Notes under the pieces: generated by a model | Database searches by the model: none | Told to the model about the DNA's origin: nothing | The model's input: only the letters and a program-made list of their open reading frames with translations | In this document: one piece after another, positions 1 through 12,508 of the stretch | Numbering within the stretch: position 1 is the stretch's first letter | Layout: each line of letters starts with the position of its first letter | Position numbers and translations under genes: made by a program | Source of the DNA: Antedon mediterranea | Lineage: Eukaryota; Animalia; Echinodermata | Length of the DNA: 64,000 nucleotides | Direction: 5' to 3' | NCBI RefSeq assembly: GCF_964355755.1 | Contig: NC_092677.1 | Span: 26,151,175-26,215,174, forward strand

Positions 1-1682
1 TAAGACACTTCCAATTAGCGACCGTTATATTATTTTGTATGAGTACAGACAAGAAGAATAAATAGATTTTAATCATGTGATAAAAAACAAGTAATTGTAC
101 TGGTCCTCTTCCAATGAAAGATCACTTTACTTTAAGACACTTCCAATTAGCGACCGTTATATTATTTTTTATGAATAAAAACAAGAAGCATAAATAGTTT
201 ATAATCATGTGATATAAAATAAGTAATTGTACTGGTCCTCTTCCAATTAAAGGTCACTTTACTGTAAGACACCTCCAATTAGCGACCGTTATATTATTTT
301 GTATGAGTACAGACAATTAGAAGAATAAATAGATTTTAATCATGTGATAAAAAACAAGTAATTGTACTGGTCCTCTTCCAATGAAAGATCACTTTACTTT
401 AAGACACTTCCATTTAGCGACCGTTATATTATTTTGTATGAGTACAGACAAGAAGAATAAATAGATTTTAATCATGTGATAAAAAACAAGTAATTGTACT
501 GGTCCTCTTCCAATTAAAGGTCACTTTACTGTAAGACACTTCCAATTAGCGACCGTTATATTATTTTGTATGAGTACAGACAAGAAGAATAAATAGATTT
601 TAATCATGTGATAAAAAACAAGTAATTGTACTGGTCCTCTTCCAATTAAAGATCACTTTACTTTAAGACACTTCCAATTAGCGACCGTTATATTATTTTG
701 TATGAGTACAGACAAGAAGAATAAATAGATTTTAATCATGTGATATAAAATAAGTAATTGTACTGGTCCTCTTCCAATTAAAGGTCACTTTACTGTAAGA
801 CACTTCCATTTAGCGACCGTTATATTATTTTGTATGAGTACAGACAAGAAGAATAAATAGATTTTATTCATGTGATAAAAAACAAGTAATTGTACTGGTC
901 CTCTTCCAATGAAAGATCACTTTACTTTAAAACACTTCCAATTAGCGACCGTTATATTATTTTTTATGAATAAAAACAAGAAGCATAAATAGTTTATAAT
1001 CATGTGATATAAAATAAGTAATTGTACTGGTCCTCTTCCAATTAAAGGTCACTTTACTGTAAGACACCTCCAATTAGCGACCGTTATATTATTTTGTATG
1101 AGTACAGACAATTAGAAGAATAAATAGATTTTAATCATGTGATAAAAAACAAGTAATTGTACTGGTCCTCTTCCAATGAAAGATCACTTTACTTTAAGAC
1201 ACTTCCATTTAGCGACCGTTATATTATTTTGTATGAGTACAGACAAGAAGAATAAATAGATTTTAATCATGTGATAAAAAACAAGTAATTGTACTGGTCC
1301 TCTTCCAATTAAAGATCACTTTACTTTAAGACACTTCCAATTAGCGACCGTTATATTATTTTGTATGAGTACAGACAAGAAGAATAAATAGATTTTAATC
1401 ATGTGATAAAAAATAAGTAATTGTACTGGTCCTTTTCCAATTAAAGGTCACTTTACTTTAAGACACTTCCATTTAGCGACCGTTATATTATTTTGTATGA
1501 ATAAAGACAAGAAGAATAAATACTAGTTAAGACAAGAAGAATAAATAGTTTATAATCATGTGATAAAAAACAAGTAATTGTACGGGTCCTCTTCCAATTA
1601 TAGATCACTTTAGTTTAAACACTTCCAATTAGCGACCGTTATATTATTTTGTACGAGTAAAGACAAGAAGAATAAATAGTTT
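1..1682. repeat. Tandem satellite, ~132-bp unit, ~12.5 copies, with a 6-unit higher-order period
   Basis: The unit TAAGACACTTCCAATTAGCGACCGTTATATT... starts at 1, 133, 265, 400 and so on. Diagnostic variants (ATGAATAAAAACAAGAAGCAT; CAATTAGAAG insertion) recur about 795 bp apart. Confidence 0.95.
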
Positions 1683-2564
1683 ACTTGTTTAATCCCCAAT
1701 CAATTAAAAGTTGCACCTTTTTATAATCAACACGATATAGCTGATCTCTTGAAAAAACATAATCAGTTTTACTGAAGTATTATGTTAATTGGTACATTGA
1801 TCGTCACATCGAGAATATGGTAGGGGTGTCACACTATGTGCGTCTAGGGTGAATGCAAAGATAATGACATCGATATAGCGCCACATCAACACGTTTTTAT
1901 GCACCTTTGGTGTAAGTATTTATTTTAGTATTTTGTCCTTAAATCAGAATTTATATTCAAAGAAAAAATGACTTGTTATGTAAAAAAACAACAATTCGGT
2001 ATCTGGAATCTTAAAATTAATGTATCTATAAAAATAATTAATATGGGATAGGCCTGAGACCTCATACATTTGTTAATAGGGCTACTTTATTGAACCTTCA
2101 TTTTATCGGATGTTATAAGAACGCTTGCTTCAACCGATTCTTTTTTTGAACAGCATTTTGTTTAAAGGCGATTGTGTTATTTTCAATGTTTAATAAACTT
2201 CTGGAATTTCAGAGAAACCCATTTTAATAAACAAAAGCTTCTTATAAAATGTGCTTACTGGATAATGTTTCATACATGTTTGGCTGGTTCAAATTTACTT
2301 TACTTTTGCTTTTCCGCTACTCCCCTGTTATACTATATATTTGTTGTTATGTAGAAAGATTGAAAATAAATTCATTCATTCATTCTTCTTTTATTTCGGA
2401 AAAAAAAAATTCTCCATAGTTCAGTAACAACAAGTGTACATTATTGTAAATATAACAAATACATATACATATATATATATATATATAATATATATGTATT
2501 TGTTATATTTACAATAATGTACACTTGTTACTGTCTGTATATATATATATATATATATATGTAT

Positions 2565-3076
2565 TGTGTTCCAACCGTACCACGCCGAGAATGTTAAAGG
2601 GTCGTTATCCGGTCGAGTTAAAGAACAATACCATGAAAGCCCCAGTGGTCTAATGGTTAGGGCAACTGCATATCAAGCCGACGGTCCGAGTTCGAGCCTC
2701 GGTTGGGGCGACTTTTTCTCATTCTCTCAGATTTCCTCATCTTTATCGTTTCAAAAATTAATTAAATCATTTTCAGTGTATCACCGGGCGGTTTGGAATT
2801 TATTTCTATGCCTGTTGTGTTTACAACTGAGGACTAGTGCTGTTCCGCCGTACCACGCCGAGAATGTTAAAGAGTCGCTATCCAATCGAGTTCGAACCGT
2901 GAAAGCCCCAGTGGTCTAACGGTTAGGACATCTGCATATCAAGCAGGCGGTCCGAGTTCGAGTCTCGGTTGGGGCGACTTTAACTCATTCTCACAGATTT
3001 CCTCATCTTTATCGTTTCAAATTAATTAATTAAATTTCAGTATATTACCGGGCGGTTTAGAATTAATGTTCTATGC
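2565..3076 (+). mobile_element. Two head-to-tail, 5'-truncated copies of the tRNA-carrying repeat, next to (TA)n
   Basis: Same sequence as 37990-38344 and 29067-29380. Cloverleaves at 2639-2710 (diverged) and 2905-2976. Preceded by (TA)n at ~2540-2560. Confidence 0.85.
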
Positions 3077-4115
3077 TACATAGTCACGTGGTTAGAACAA
3101 TAGTTTCATATATCTACTATGTAGATTGGATGAAGGAAAAGCAAATTCATGAATACATTACAAATAAATGTATGAATTGTGAATTACAAAAATATTAAAT
3201 GTTGTTGTCTTGTCAGAATGAGTTGTAAATATGAACGAGTTTTGTAAACATAAATTATATATCATTGATCATTACTTATATTAACAGGATAAAATAATAA
3301 TAGTGTAATAATAATGAACAATAGTTACAGAAAAATATTTATTTATTTATTTATTTATTGCTATTAAAACTTGTTTCAGTAAGTGTGTTTGTATTTATTT
3401 TACTTTGTTATTGATCATCATTGGTCTGGCTACCAATACATTGGAAGCACGCAAGCCTCGCTACCACGTCAAGGTTGATGATCATAGCGAGGGTAGGTTG
3501 CACGTTTGTATGTGCCCCTTTGACCAAAGAAAACATATTATAGAAGAAAATTGCATAACATTATGAAACAGAATCATATGAGTTGTAAATATGAAAAAGT
3601 TTTTTAAACATAAAAATACAATAAAAATAAACACTAGTTACAATCTAATTCACGTACTTTTACCTTACCGGACCTTTAGTCGCGTTATTCTTTTATACAA
3701 TCTGCTTTTTAATTAATTTTTTAATCCTTGTAGCGATCAAAGCAGGGCGCATGACACATCATTGCATGTTTACACTGGACACACTGTATTTGATCTGTTG
3801 TTACCTTCCATTAGACCCCTTGAGCCTTTGACGTACTTATGCTCAGATATTCGTCTTCCGTTGATTCAATGAAAGATGGTGACGCTTTAATTAGCCGCTG
3901 TGGTGAATCTATGTTCTTCTTTCTGGTCCGACAAATACAATTGGTATTTCTTCGTCGATGAGTTTCAGACAAAGCCGACAATCTCCTCTTGACGGAAGCA
4001 CCTGTAAAAAATCAAAGCATTAACGAAACTTACCTCTATAAGGTAAACAAATACCCTTTTCACCATTTAATGCTTCTGTGTATGTTGAGATTACCGGTCA
4101 TAGGTAGGCCTACAG

Positions 4116-7100
4116 TTAAAGAGTGACGTTGTATGAATCAACATATAATTGTCCAGGTACTTCATTGTTGCTCTGATGAATCCTTTCCGGGAAATGTTCC
4201 ATGTCACAAAGCAAATTGAATATATTTGGATCGATATCATCTTTTAGATGGTTGACTGCTTCAATGTCATAATGTGTGTCCGTGAATTCAGATACGTATA
4301 TAACGTCCATAATGCCTTCGGAACGCATTACCGCTTCATCTTCGTAATTATCTACCAGAGCAGCATTGAGGGTCACATCGGATACAATATCCCAGTATTT
4401 CCGTGCAAGGTGGTTTTTGATTGGTGCGTATGGTGTACGAGTGTATTTTAATTCAGCGTCATAAGTTTTCTTGTCTACATCCAGGACAGGCTCAAAGTGT
4501 GCACATAAGTTTGATAGGTAGATGTTTCTTTCAGATACTAAATCACCAAACTGATTACTTATTGGTGCATATTTCAACCATTCATAATGTGGAAGCCCTT
4601 TCCTTCTTCCATATTTACTGTAAACATAAACATTCGTATTTGACATGGTCGCAAATGCCATGATTTCGATGTCCGAACCCCATGTCCCATATTCCCCCAT
4701 TCTCGTGTCTTCCACGTATCGTTCAAATGATCTGGATTCAATTTTTTCAAATAGGTTTTTGTTCATGGACATATAGTTTAGTATGTAATCCCGTACAACT
4801 ACATGGTAGTTCTGGACACCAAAGAGAATATAACTCAAAGCCCTAAAAAGACAGTTGCCGTCCCCTCTCATATTAACAACTTTAGTAGGCCTGGCTGCCT
4901 TGTCCATTTCACATTTTAAGTGAGTTTTGTGAAAATTTTTGACATTGATACCAAATGGTGCTGCCTTTTCAAGCTGCCAATTGGCATCGACAGGAAAGAA
5001 TAACTTTCTTGAAGTTTTCGTGTTGAGGTATACCACATCACTATCAGATACAGGCCTACTGTTGTCATGGTCATCATCCGGTGCGACATTATCATTGTCT
5101 AATGTAGGTATGTTATCGTGATTATCCAGTGTGATATCATCGTTCTTGGATGTAGGTATGTTAATGTGATCATCCGGTGTGATATCATAATTCTTGGATG
5201 TAGGTCTGTTATCGTTATCATCAACATTCTTGGATGTAGGTATGTTAATAATGTGATCATCCGGTGTGATATCACCATTCTTGGATGTAGGTATGTTATC
5301 ATGGTGCGTTACTTCAGGTGGGATGTCTGGCGTTCGCTTTCGTTTCTTTGGAGGGAGATGCTTATCATTGGTATTACATTTCTGTTTAGTGCTTGATGAT
5401 GGACAGTTCAAAGAGGTTGTTTTATCGGACTTGTAATGTCTGATCTTGTTTCCGTTAACAATAGCCCTTCTTCCTTTTAGTCGATATGTATTGTGAGTGA
5501 GGACTTTTTCTATAATATATGGACCAGTCCATCGAGCATTAAGTTTGCCTCCCTTTCTTGACAAATTTCTGGAATTCTGCAAGAGCACTTGATCTCCTGC
5601 ATAGTACGTGTTGCTTTTAACACCAGCATCATGATAATGTTTTTGCTTTTTCTGTGCTTTTTTGATATTTTCTGATGCCTTTCTCCTTGAATCTTTGAGT
5701 TTCAAAAAAGCGTCCACTCTTATTTTTAAAGGAACAGTTCCGGATATGTCATCTTTATTAGACGAAACGATGGGAATACGTAATTCTACAGGCAACACAG
5801 CCTTTCTACCGTAAACTAATGAGAATGGGTCACATTTCGTAGACTTGTGCTCGGATGTTCTGTAGGCAAACAACACGTATGGGAGTTGTATATCCCAGTC
5901 ATTTTGGTCTGCGTTGGTCAACGTCATAAGCATTGTGCAAAGTGTTCTGTTAAAGCGCTCCGTTTGCCCGCCTGTTTGAGGATGGTATGGTGAGGCAACT
6001 CTGTGGTCTACCCCAATCAGCTTACAGAAGCTGTCATTCAGCTCATTACAAAACTCTCTACCCTGGTCTGTAATCAATATAGAAGGTGTTCCATGTCTGC
6101 AGACAAAATCAATAAAAGATCTCAGCACTGTTTTAGCAGATTTATCTGGAATTGCATCAGCTTCCACCCATTTGGTAAGGTACTCCGTAAATACAAGTAA
6201 GTACCGATTACCTGAAACACAGCAAATAATAATATAATAAGCCGTAATAATAGTAGTGTCAAAATGTCATGATGAGATGTACAACACCCGAACTGTACGA
6301 ATGAAATAACAATAATAATAACAATATTAATATCAATAAATATAATAAGAACAAGAACAATAATAATATCGTGGATTTACATAGCGCCTAATGTTGTAAA
6401 ACCTCTATGCGCTGAACAGTATTACCCCAGTCATGGTTTGGATCAAATTAAAACAGGCAGAAATAAAGATTATTACAGTATAGCCATAATCGATGTAAAT
6501 CCGGTGACAATAATAAGAGCATCTGATTCTTGGTAAATCTAGTTTTTGTTGACAGTGTAAAAAAGAGAACTGTCATAATTTTAGTTTAGTTAACAATTTC
6601 AAGAAACCTCACAGAAATTGCGCTTGTGCCTTTACAATAATAAATTTAAGTTCAGCCCTATTACAATAAAGGCCGAACAGAACTAATTATTAACTGTAAT
6701 TTTAGGCCCTGAAGAATGAATTACAAAGTTTTCTGAACGTATTTCATTCATGTCTTCTTGCTTTTTACTTTTACGTTTTGATTTAGCTTTTTTATCCAGT
6801 CACAGCATTTTTGTTTTTCAGTAATTTGTCATGAGATACCTTACCATTTTCTGTCTTTACCAAAGGCCCAACAATATCCATACCGATCTGTCTGAAAGCA
6901 GTATCTGTTACGGGTATAGGTTGAAGTGGCACTTTTGCTTTTTTTAAAACTTCTTTCCGTTGGCACTGATCACAGGCGGCTATAAAATTACGAACACCAT
7001 CAAATGACCCCTTCCAATAATACCTTTCGCGTATCTTTTTCCAACTGTTAAAAAAAAAAAAAAATGTGTTTATTGTATTGATGATATTCAATCTCTTTGT

Positions 7101-9945
7101 AGGTTTACTATTGACCTTAAAACTGTATTATGGATTCTTTAAATATTTTAATTTTATTTTGTTTTTTAATATTATTTATTATTTATTACCGCAGTTCACA
7201 TCACCATTCTCATCAATGCATTATAATAACATTACAGTTTGGCGTTCCATATATTTTAACTTTTCGTTTAAGGCAAGCACTGGGCACAACTGATTAATTA
7301 ACTTTTAATATTTATCTATGTTTCTAGTTTTTTTATTTGACAATGATAAATGAATATTGAAAAGGGAAAAGATACCTTCTATGAAAAATGTCCATCAGTC
7401 CGTGATGATTCCGTGTCACATTGTACCAGGGAGATTTACATCTCCCTGATTGTACCGTGTTTACATTCTAAATACCCCCATATAAACTTCAAATTGAGTG
7501 CAGCCTCCCATACAAAATAACTACGCCCTCAATCTGGTAATAATTCACTCAGGCAATAAAAAACTAACTTGAAAAGTATAAATAATTAATTGTCCTACTA
7601 GAATTATTGTGTACGCTTGGTGAATGTGCGACAGAGTAGATATAAAAATCGCCACTTTTTTTTTTAAATAAACAAGGGGAAATATATACGTTTTAACACT
7701 ACATACTGGTTAAATTTATTTATTTTTAAAATGTAGAGGACACCCTATTAAGGAAACCGGGTACTTTTTAGTGAGCCACAATGGTAGATTGCGAGAGGTA
7801 GTGGTCCTTTAAAATAGGTGGTCACTTACGAAAGATGTGGTCGATAAGGGAGGTGGTCGCTTACGATATGTGATCGATTATGAGAAGCGGTCTCCTAACA
7901 GAGAGGTCGTTTATTAGAAGTGGTCACTTAAGAGAGGTGATTTATACAAGAGTTGGTATATTATGAGAAGCGGTCCATTTAGAGATATGGTGGTCTTCTA
8001 AAAGAGATCATCACTTACGAGAGGCGGTCGAAAATAAAAAGCGGTCGCTTACGAGAGTTGTGGTTGTTAAGAGAGGTGGTCGCTTACTACGAGAGGTGGT
8101 CGATTATGAGAAGCGGTCCATAATGAGAGGATGTGATCACTTACAATAGTTGGTCGATTATGGGAAGCGATCCCTTAACAGAGACGATGGCCGTTTAATA
8201 GAGGTGGTCACCCAAAAAAGTTGTCGTTACGAGAGAGGAAGTCGATTATGAGAAACGGTCCCTTAAAAGAGTTGGTTGCTTACGATGTGTGGTCGTTTTA
8301 GAAAGTTGGTCGGTTACGAGACGTGGATAGATGGATAGCTAAGTAAACAGATGCATTTGCACATGATTTAGACATTTAGGTTTGTAAAATATATATTTTC
8401 TACATTAGCTGGCGATAGTCCTACATTAGCTGGGATGCAATTTTCGTTCCTACATTCGTTGTTGATCGTTCTACATGGTGTTAATTTTTTTCATTACATA
8501 AGCTGCAGGTGGTTTTACTCCATTACCGGGGGATTGGAAACTAGTTTTGTTATTGAAAATGCGTTTTTTTTAAAGAAGTATTCCCTAAAAAAAAATGTAA
8601 TAATCCACTTTAAAGTTACATAATAAAAGTCTTCTTCCTTACCTTTTTTTTTGTCAAATTGTGTTTTCTTTCATAAGTATACATTTTAAACGAACGAAAG
8701 TTAATACTGATATGGCTTTTTGCATTATGAATGAGCAACTAATATTGAACATATTTATTATACCAAGACCTGAATAAGTTTTCATTCGGGAAGTATTTGT
8801 ATCACTATTTAAAACTAAGATATCTCTCATGAGGGATATCTCTATATTACTTACTTACCAAGATATTTAGAATGGAAGATTCTTGTCCCATTCGGAATAT
8901 CACAAGTGGATTTTTTTCTGTGTTAGTTATGCAGTGGGCACGTGTAGAGTACCGTATATGAACTGTTATAAAACTAAAACATTACTATTATAGATAGAGC
9001 TAGTTGTACTGTATTCTTCTTGGTTTTTCGAGGTGTAATAAGCCTACAAAAAAATATCTATTAACATAGATATTTCTTTTAAAAAGTAAGACATCTTAGT
9101 TTTCAATTGAAATAATCTATCTTTATTAAAAGAGATATCTTAATTTTGAACTAAAGATATATGCGTTGTGTAGCACTGTGTAAATTATATAATAATAATC
9201 TGTCAAATTATTGAAACAGTGCTCATATTCGGAACATTTTTGATTAATTATTGAATGCCAATATATGTTTTGTATTTTTTACATGTGATATTTTATGTTC
9301 AACTTCAATATATTTATACAATTAATTGCGATAATATATTGAGTAGAAATTATTATCGACTTAACATATTTTTCATTCATGGAGGTATAAAAATATGTTT
9401 GAATCTATATATAAAATACTAACTTCATAATGTACACGGTCATTATACATTTTTCAATTGATAAGTATTAGTTATTATTCATTTAATTCATTCATTTAAT
9501 CATTTGTTTCGAATTCTGTGGTCCACAGAAAGTAAAATTACGTATAAAATCATTTAAAAACAATGCTGTACTAATTACTAATACTCATCTCAGGATGGCA
9601 TTCCACCTGGCCAAACATATAAACAGTTTTAAAGTCACCCAGAAACTTATCGAAGCTTATATATTATTTAATTGACAAACTTTAAACTTACGTTTTGTTG
9701 ACACCCAAGTGACCACCATGTGCCTGCTTATGGATACTGTTTAACACTTCGTTTTTTTCTTTCGGTAACAATACACGCAACAATCTACCAGAATGTTGTT
9801 TGTAATACAAGATATCACGAAGAATTGTAAAGTTCTTGGCTTTCCGTCGCAAACTTCGTTTTAATATTTCAGAATAATTTACAGGATAAACGTTGTTTTG
9901 TAGATAGTTTCTCAAGGCATCAAACTCATGATCGGCCATAATCAT
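4116..9945 (-). CDS. Ginger1-type (Gypsy-integrase-related) transposase with a C-terminal OTU cysteine protease; 3 exons, 849 aa, frame intact
   Basis: Exons 9945-9692, 7044-6845 and 6211-4116 join in phase through GT-AG introns (2550 nt). Motifs: YPYY-like N-terminus (YLQNNVYP..LYY), H2C2 finger (HKQAHGGHLG..CDQC), DDE (GMDIVGP, TDQGREF, QTERFN), GPY motif (WTGPY), OTU (GDGNCLFRA..WGSDIEI..HFEPV). No RT, RNase H or gag nearby. Confidence 0.9.
5065..5305 (-). repeat. Coding tandem repeat in the integrase-OTU linker (DDHxNIPTSKN units)
   Basis: Repeated TTCTTGGATGTAGGTATGTT and CATCCGGTGTGATATCA blocks. The reading frame is kept. Confidence 0.85.
7790..8560 (+). mobile_element. One arm of a foldback/MITE family with GAGGTGGTCGCTTACGA subrepeats, in intron 1 of the Ginger gene
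   Basis: 8320-8500 matches 12245-12450 directly and 11530-11725 in reverse complement. Degenerate ~20-bp subrepeats at 7790-8325. Confidence 0.7.
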
Positions 9946-10167
9946 GATAATAAGTAAAAATAGAAAGAAGGCAGATTGTAACGAACAACACCGTGATTGG
10001 AACTTTGCAAGCAAAGTGAATGATTTTTTAAATGTAGGAGGTTTTGAACAAACATTGAGCCAATCAGCTTCTTGCTACATTTGTTTTAACCAATTGCCGA
10101 TTAGAAGAAAGAGCAAACAGTTTTGTCAGGTGTAGGCCTATAATTTAAACTTTGTGCCTTAAGTGGA

Positions 10168-10597
10168 TGTCACGAACTCCTTTTACGTATGTTTCCGAGC
10201 GGTTGAAAATACTTTAGAAACTCCCTTGTGACATAAAAGTATACACACCAAATTCACAAAGTTGTAAAATAACTCAAAAACAAATCTTTAATTTCAATCA
10301 ACTTCAACTTTCAACAACCCAGTAAGCATTTTAAACAACAGCTTCACAATAACTTTTACAATCTAATATCCAACCTCTAATATCCAACAACATGACAATA
10401 GTTTTACATCCCTTTATATACAAGATGTTCCTATCCTTCTATATCATTCTTTATACTTCTTATTCTATTTGATTACAGTTTCTATTAATAGCATACTGGA
10501 ATGTTCCTGATTGTTATTATATTAATTATACATGATGTCTTAAATGTAAACATCTTATTCTAGAATGTTCATGGTTAGGGAATGGTAATTTATTACA
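10168..10597 (-). mobile_element. Solo LTR (~430 bp)
   Basis: Ends TGTCAC...TTACA (TG..CA). Flanks GTGGA/GTGGC form a 5-bp TSD with one mismatch. Minus-strand TATA (GTATATAAAG, ~10412-10421) and ATTAAA (~10290). No TGG primer-binding site follows. Confidence 0.65.
10557..10571. promoter_or_regulatory. Consensus three-unit heat-shock element inside the solo LTR
   Basis: aTTCtaGAAtgTTCa matches nTTCnnGAAnnTTCn. A second partial site, GGAATGTTCC, lies at ~10498-10507. Confidence 0.55.
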
Positions 10598-11499
10598 GTG
10601 GCAAGTACACAAAAAATGAGAGAAAAAAACTATTGGAGGGAAATGCCATTTATTAAATTAAATTTCGAAGATACTCTTATTGGTAAACGCTTCAGTCGTT
10701 CTATTACACAATAAATAGCACATTCAGATAGGAGTATAAAATATAATCATATAGTTATTCTTTATTACATATTATACGTTCATCTCAAATTATATTATAA
10801 TATTAATTGAAATTGTATTTAAATTTGTATCCGTTTTTGTCGACAGGACCACAATGCAAAACAAATATTTCTACTTGATTGTGTATAATCCTGTATAAAT
10901 ATGTTGTTAAATAAATAAAATAATATTAAATAGTAATCTACGTAAAATAATATTATAGTACATAAGTTCGTATTAAAACCGTTCAGGCTATGAGGCAACC
11001 CCCGCTCCCTGTATATTAAATAGAAACATTTTTTATAATACTTATACTAGAATCATATACTAATTTATTTAGTTATTTTTTAAAATAAGAGAATTAAATT
11101 ACGTAACATACTGTGGTATATAATTCTTGTAATGAAATCATATTCATGGTAAGCGTAATCTTAATTTGAGATATGGCAAGTTCGCACCCCTTCTCCTGAC
11201 AAATAACAGATGACAGTTAACACGACTACCGGTAATTAATATCTCCCGAGAGCCGCTGTTTTGAGGTTGACCTGACAATTGTGGCCTGAGTTATGGGACA
11301 TTACCCTTGCTGGACATCTGGTAAAAATAAATACTGATTATGCTGCCACTTTAGTACACAAAACAATAAATAAAAAAAAATAAAAAAACACAACTTGTGG
11401 CATTTCCTTTACACTAGTCCCTGTTCAAAACCGCTAGTGTAGAAAACGGCAGCAAATGTCGTCGAAACTGTCAAATCCACCCATGTAGTAAAACCTAGA

Positions 11500-12465
11500 A
11501 CTAGCTAATGTAGAAACACCAACAGTTATTTATTAAATAAAAATCAACATTAGCTAATATACAACTTAACAGGTAATGAAGTAACGAAAATTGCCTCACA
11601 GCTGATGTAGTTAATATCGCCAGCTAATAAAATAATAATTATATATTTTACAAACCTAAATGTCTAAATCATGTGCAAATGTATTTCTCTACTTAGTTTA
11701 GCTGTCAGTCTATCCACCTCTCGTAAGTGATCGGCTTTCAAAACGTAGCACTCTGATCGTAAGCAACTACCCTTGTTAGCGACCACCTTTGATATTTAAA
11801 AGGGACTACCTCTGTTAAAGGACCGCTTCTCACAATGGACAACTTCCTGAAGGGGTAACCTCCTCTCATAAGGGACTGCTTTTCATAAACTACCACCGCT
11901 CGTAGACGACCACTTCTTTTACCGACTACACCTCCCGTAAGTGACCACCTCAATAGAGGTGGTAATTTGCGAAAGGTGGTCGTTACGGATGGTAGTCGAT
12001 TATGAGAAGTGGTCCCAGTGGAGAGGTGGACGTTTTTTTTTATAGAGAGGTCGACACTTTAGGCGTGGTCGTTAAGAGAGGTAGTCCGTCATGAGGTTGA
12101 TTATGAGAAGCCGAGGTGGTGGTCCTTTAAAATAGCTCGTCCTTGACGAGTGGTGTGGTCGTTAAGAGATGGTGGGCGATTATCAGAGACGGTGGTCGTT
12201 CAATAGAGGTGGTTACTTACTAGAAGTGGTTGTTGGTTGGTCACTTACGAGACGTGGATAGATGGATAGCTACCGGTAAGTAAAGAAATGCATTTTCACA
12301 TGATGTAGACAGGTTTTTAAATTATACAATATTTTCAACATTAGCTGTGAGGCAATTTTCGTTACTACATTATCTGCTGACCGTTCTAAATTAGCTGGTG
12401 TTGATTTTAAAAATTGATACATAAGCTGTTGGTATTTCTGGTATTAGCTGGTGGTTTCTATGTTT
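11500..12465. mobile_element. Degenerate ~1-kb foldback element (inverted arms around ~11950)
   Basis: 11500-11950 is approximately the reverse complement of 11950-12465. CGACCACCTCTC subrepeats switch to GAGAGGTGGTCG at ~11950. Confidence 0.75.
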
Positions 12466-12508
12466 ATATGTCCATATAAAACAAAAATACAACCGCGATT
12501 TTTTAAAC

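Noticed and set aside
1-1682. CRISPR-like array (also considered for 18390-19120, 19528-19757 and 55766-56266)
   Set aside because: Units are contiguous with no unique spacers, there are no cas genes, and the context is eukaryotic and intronic.
2566-2919. ORFs at 2566-2919, 29111-29308 and 38090-38287 as a small protein family
   Set aside because: They are read through the tRNA-carrying repeat, use non-ATG starts, and indels between copies shift the frame.
4116-10597. Integrase plus upstream LTR read as one LTR retrotransposon
   Set aside because: No gag, protease, RT or RNase H. The gene has spliceosomal introns, and the LTR has its own TSD, no primer-binding site and no second LTR.
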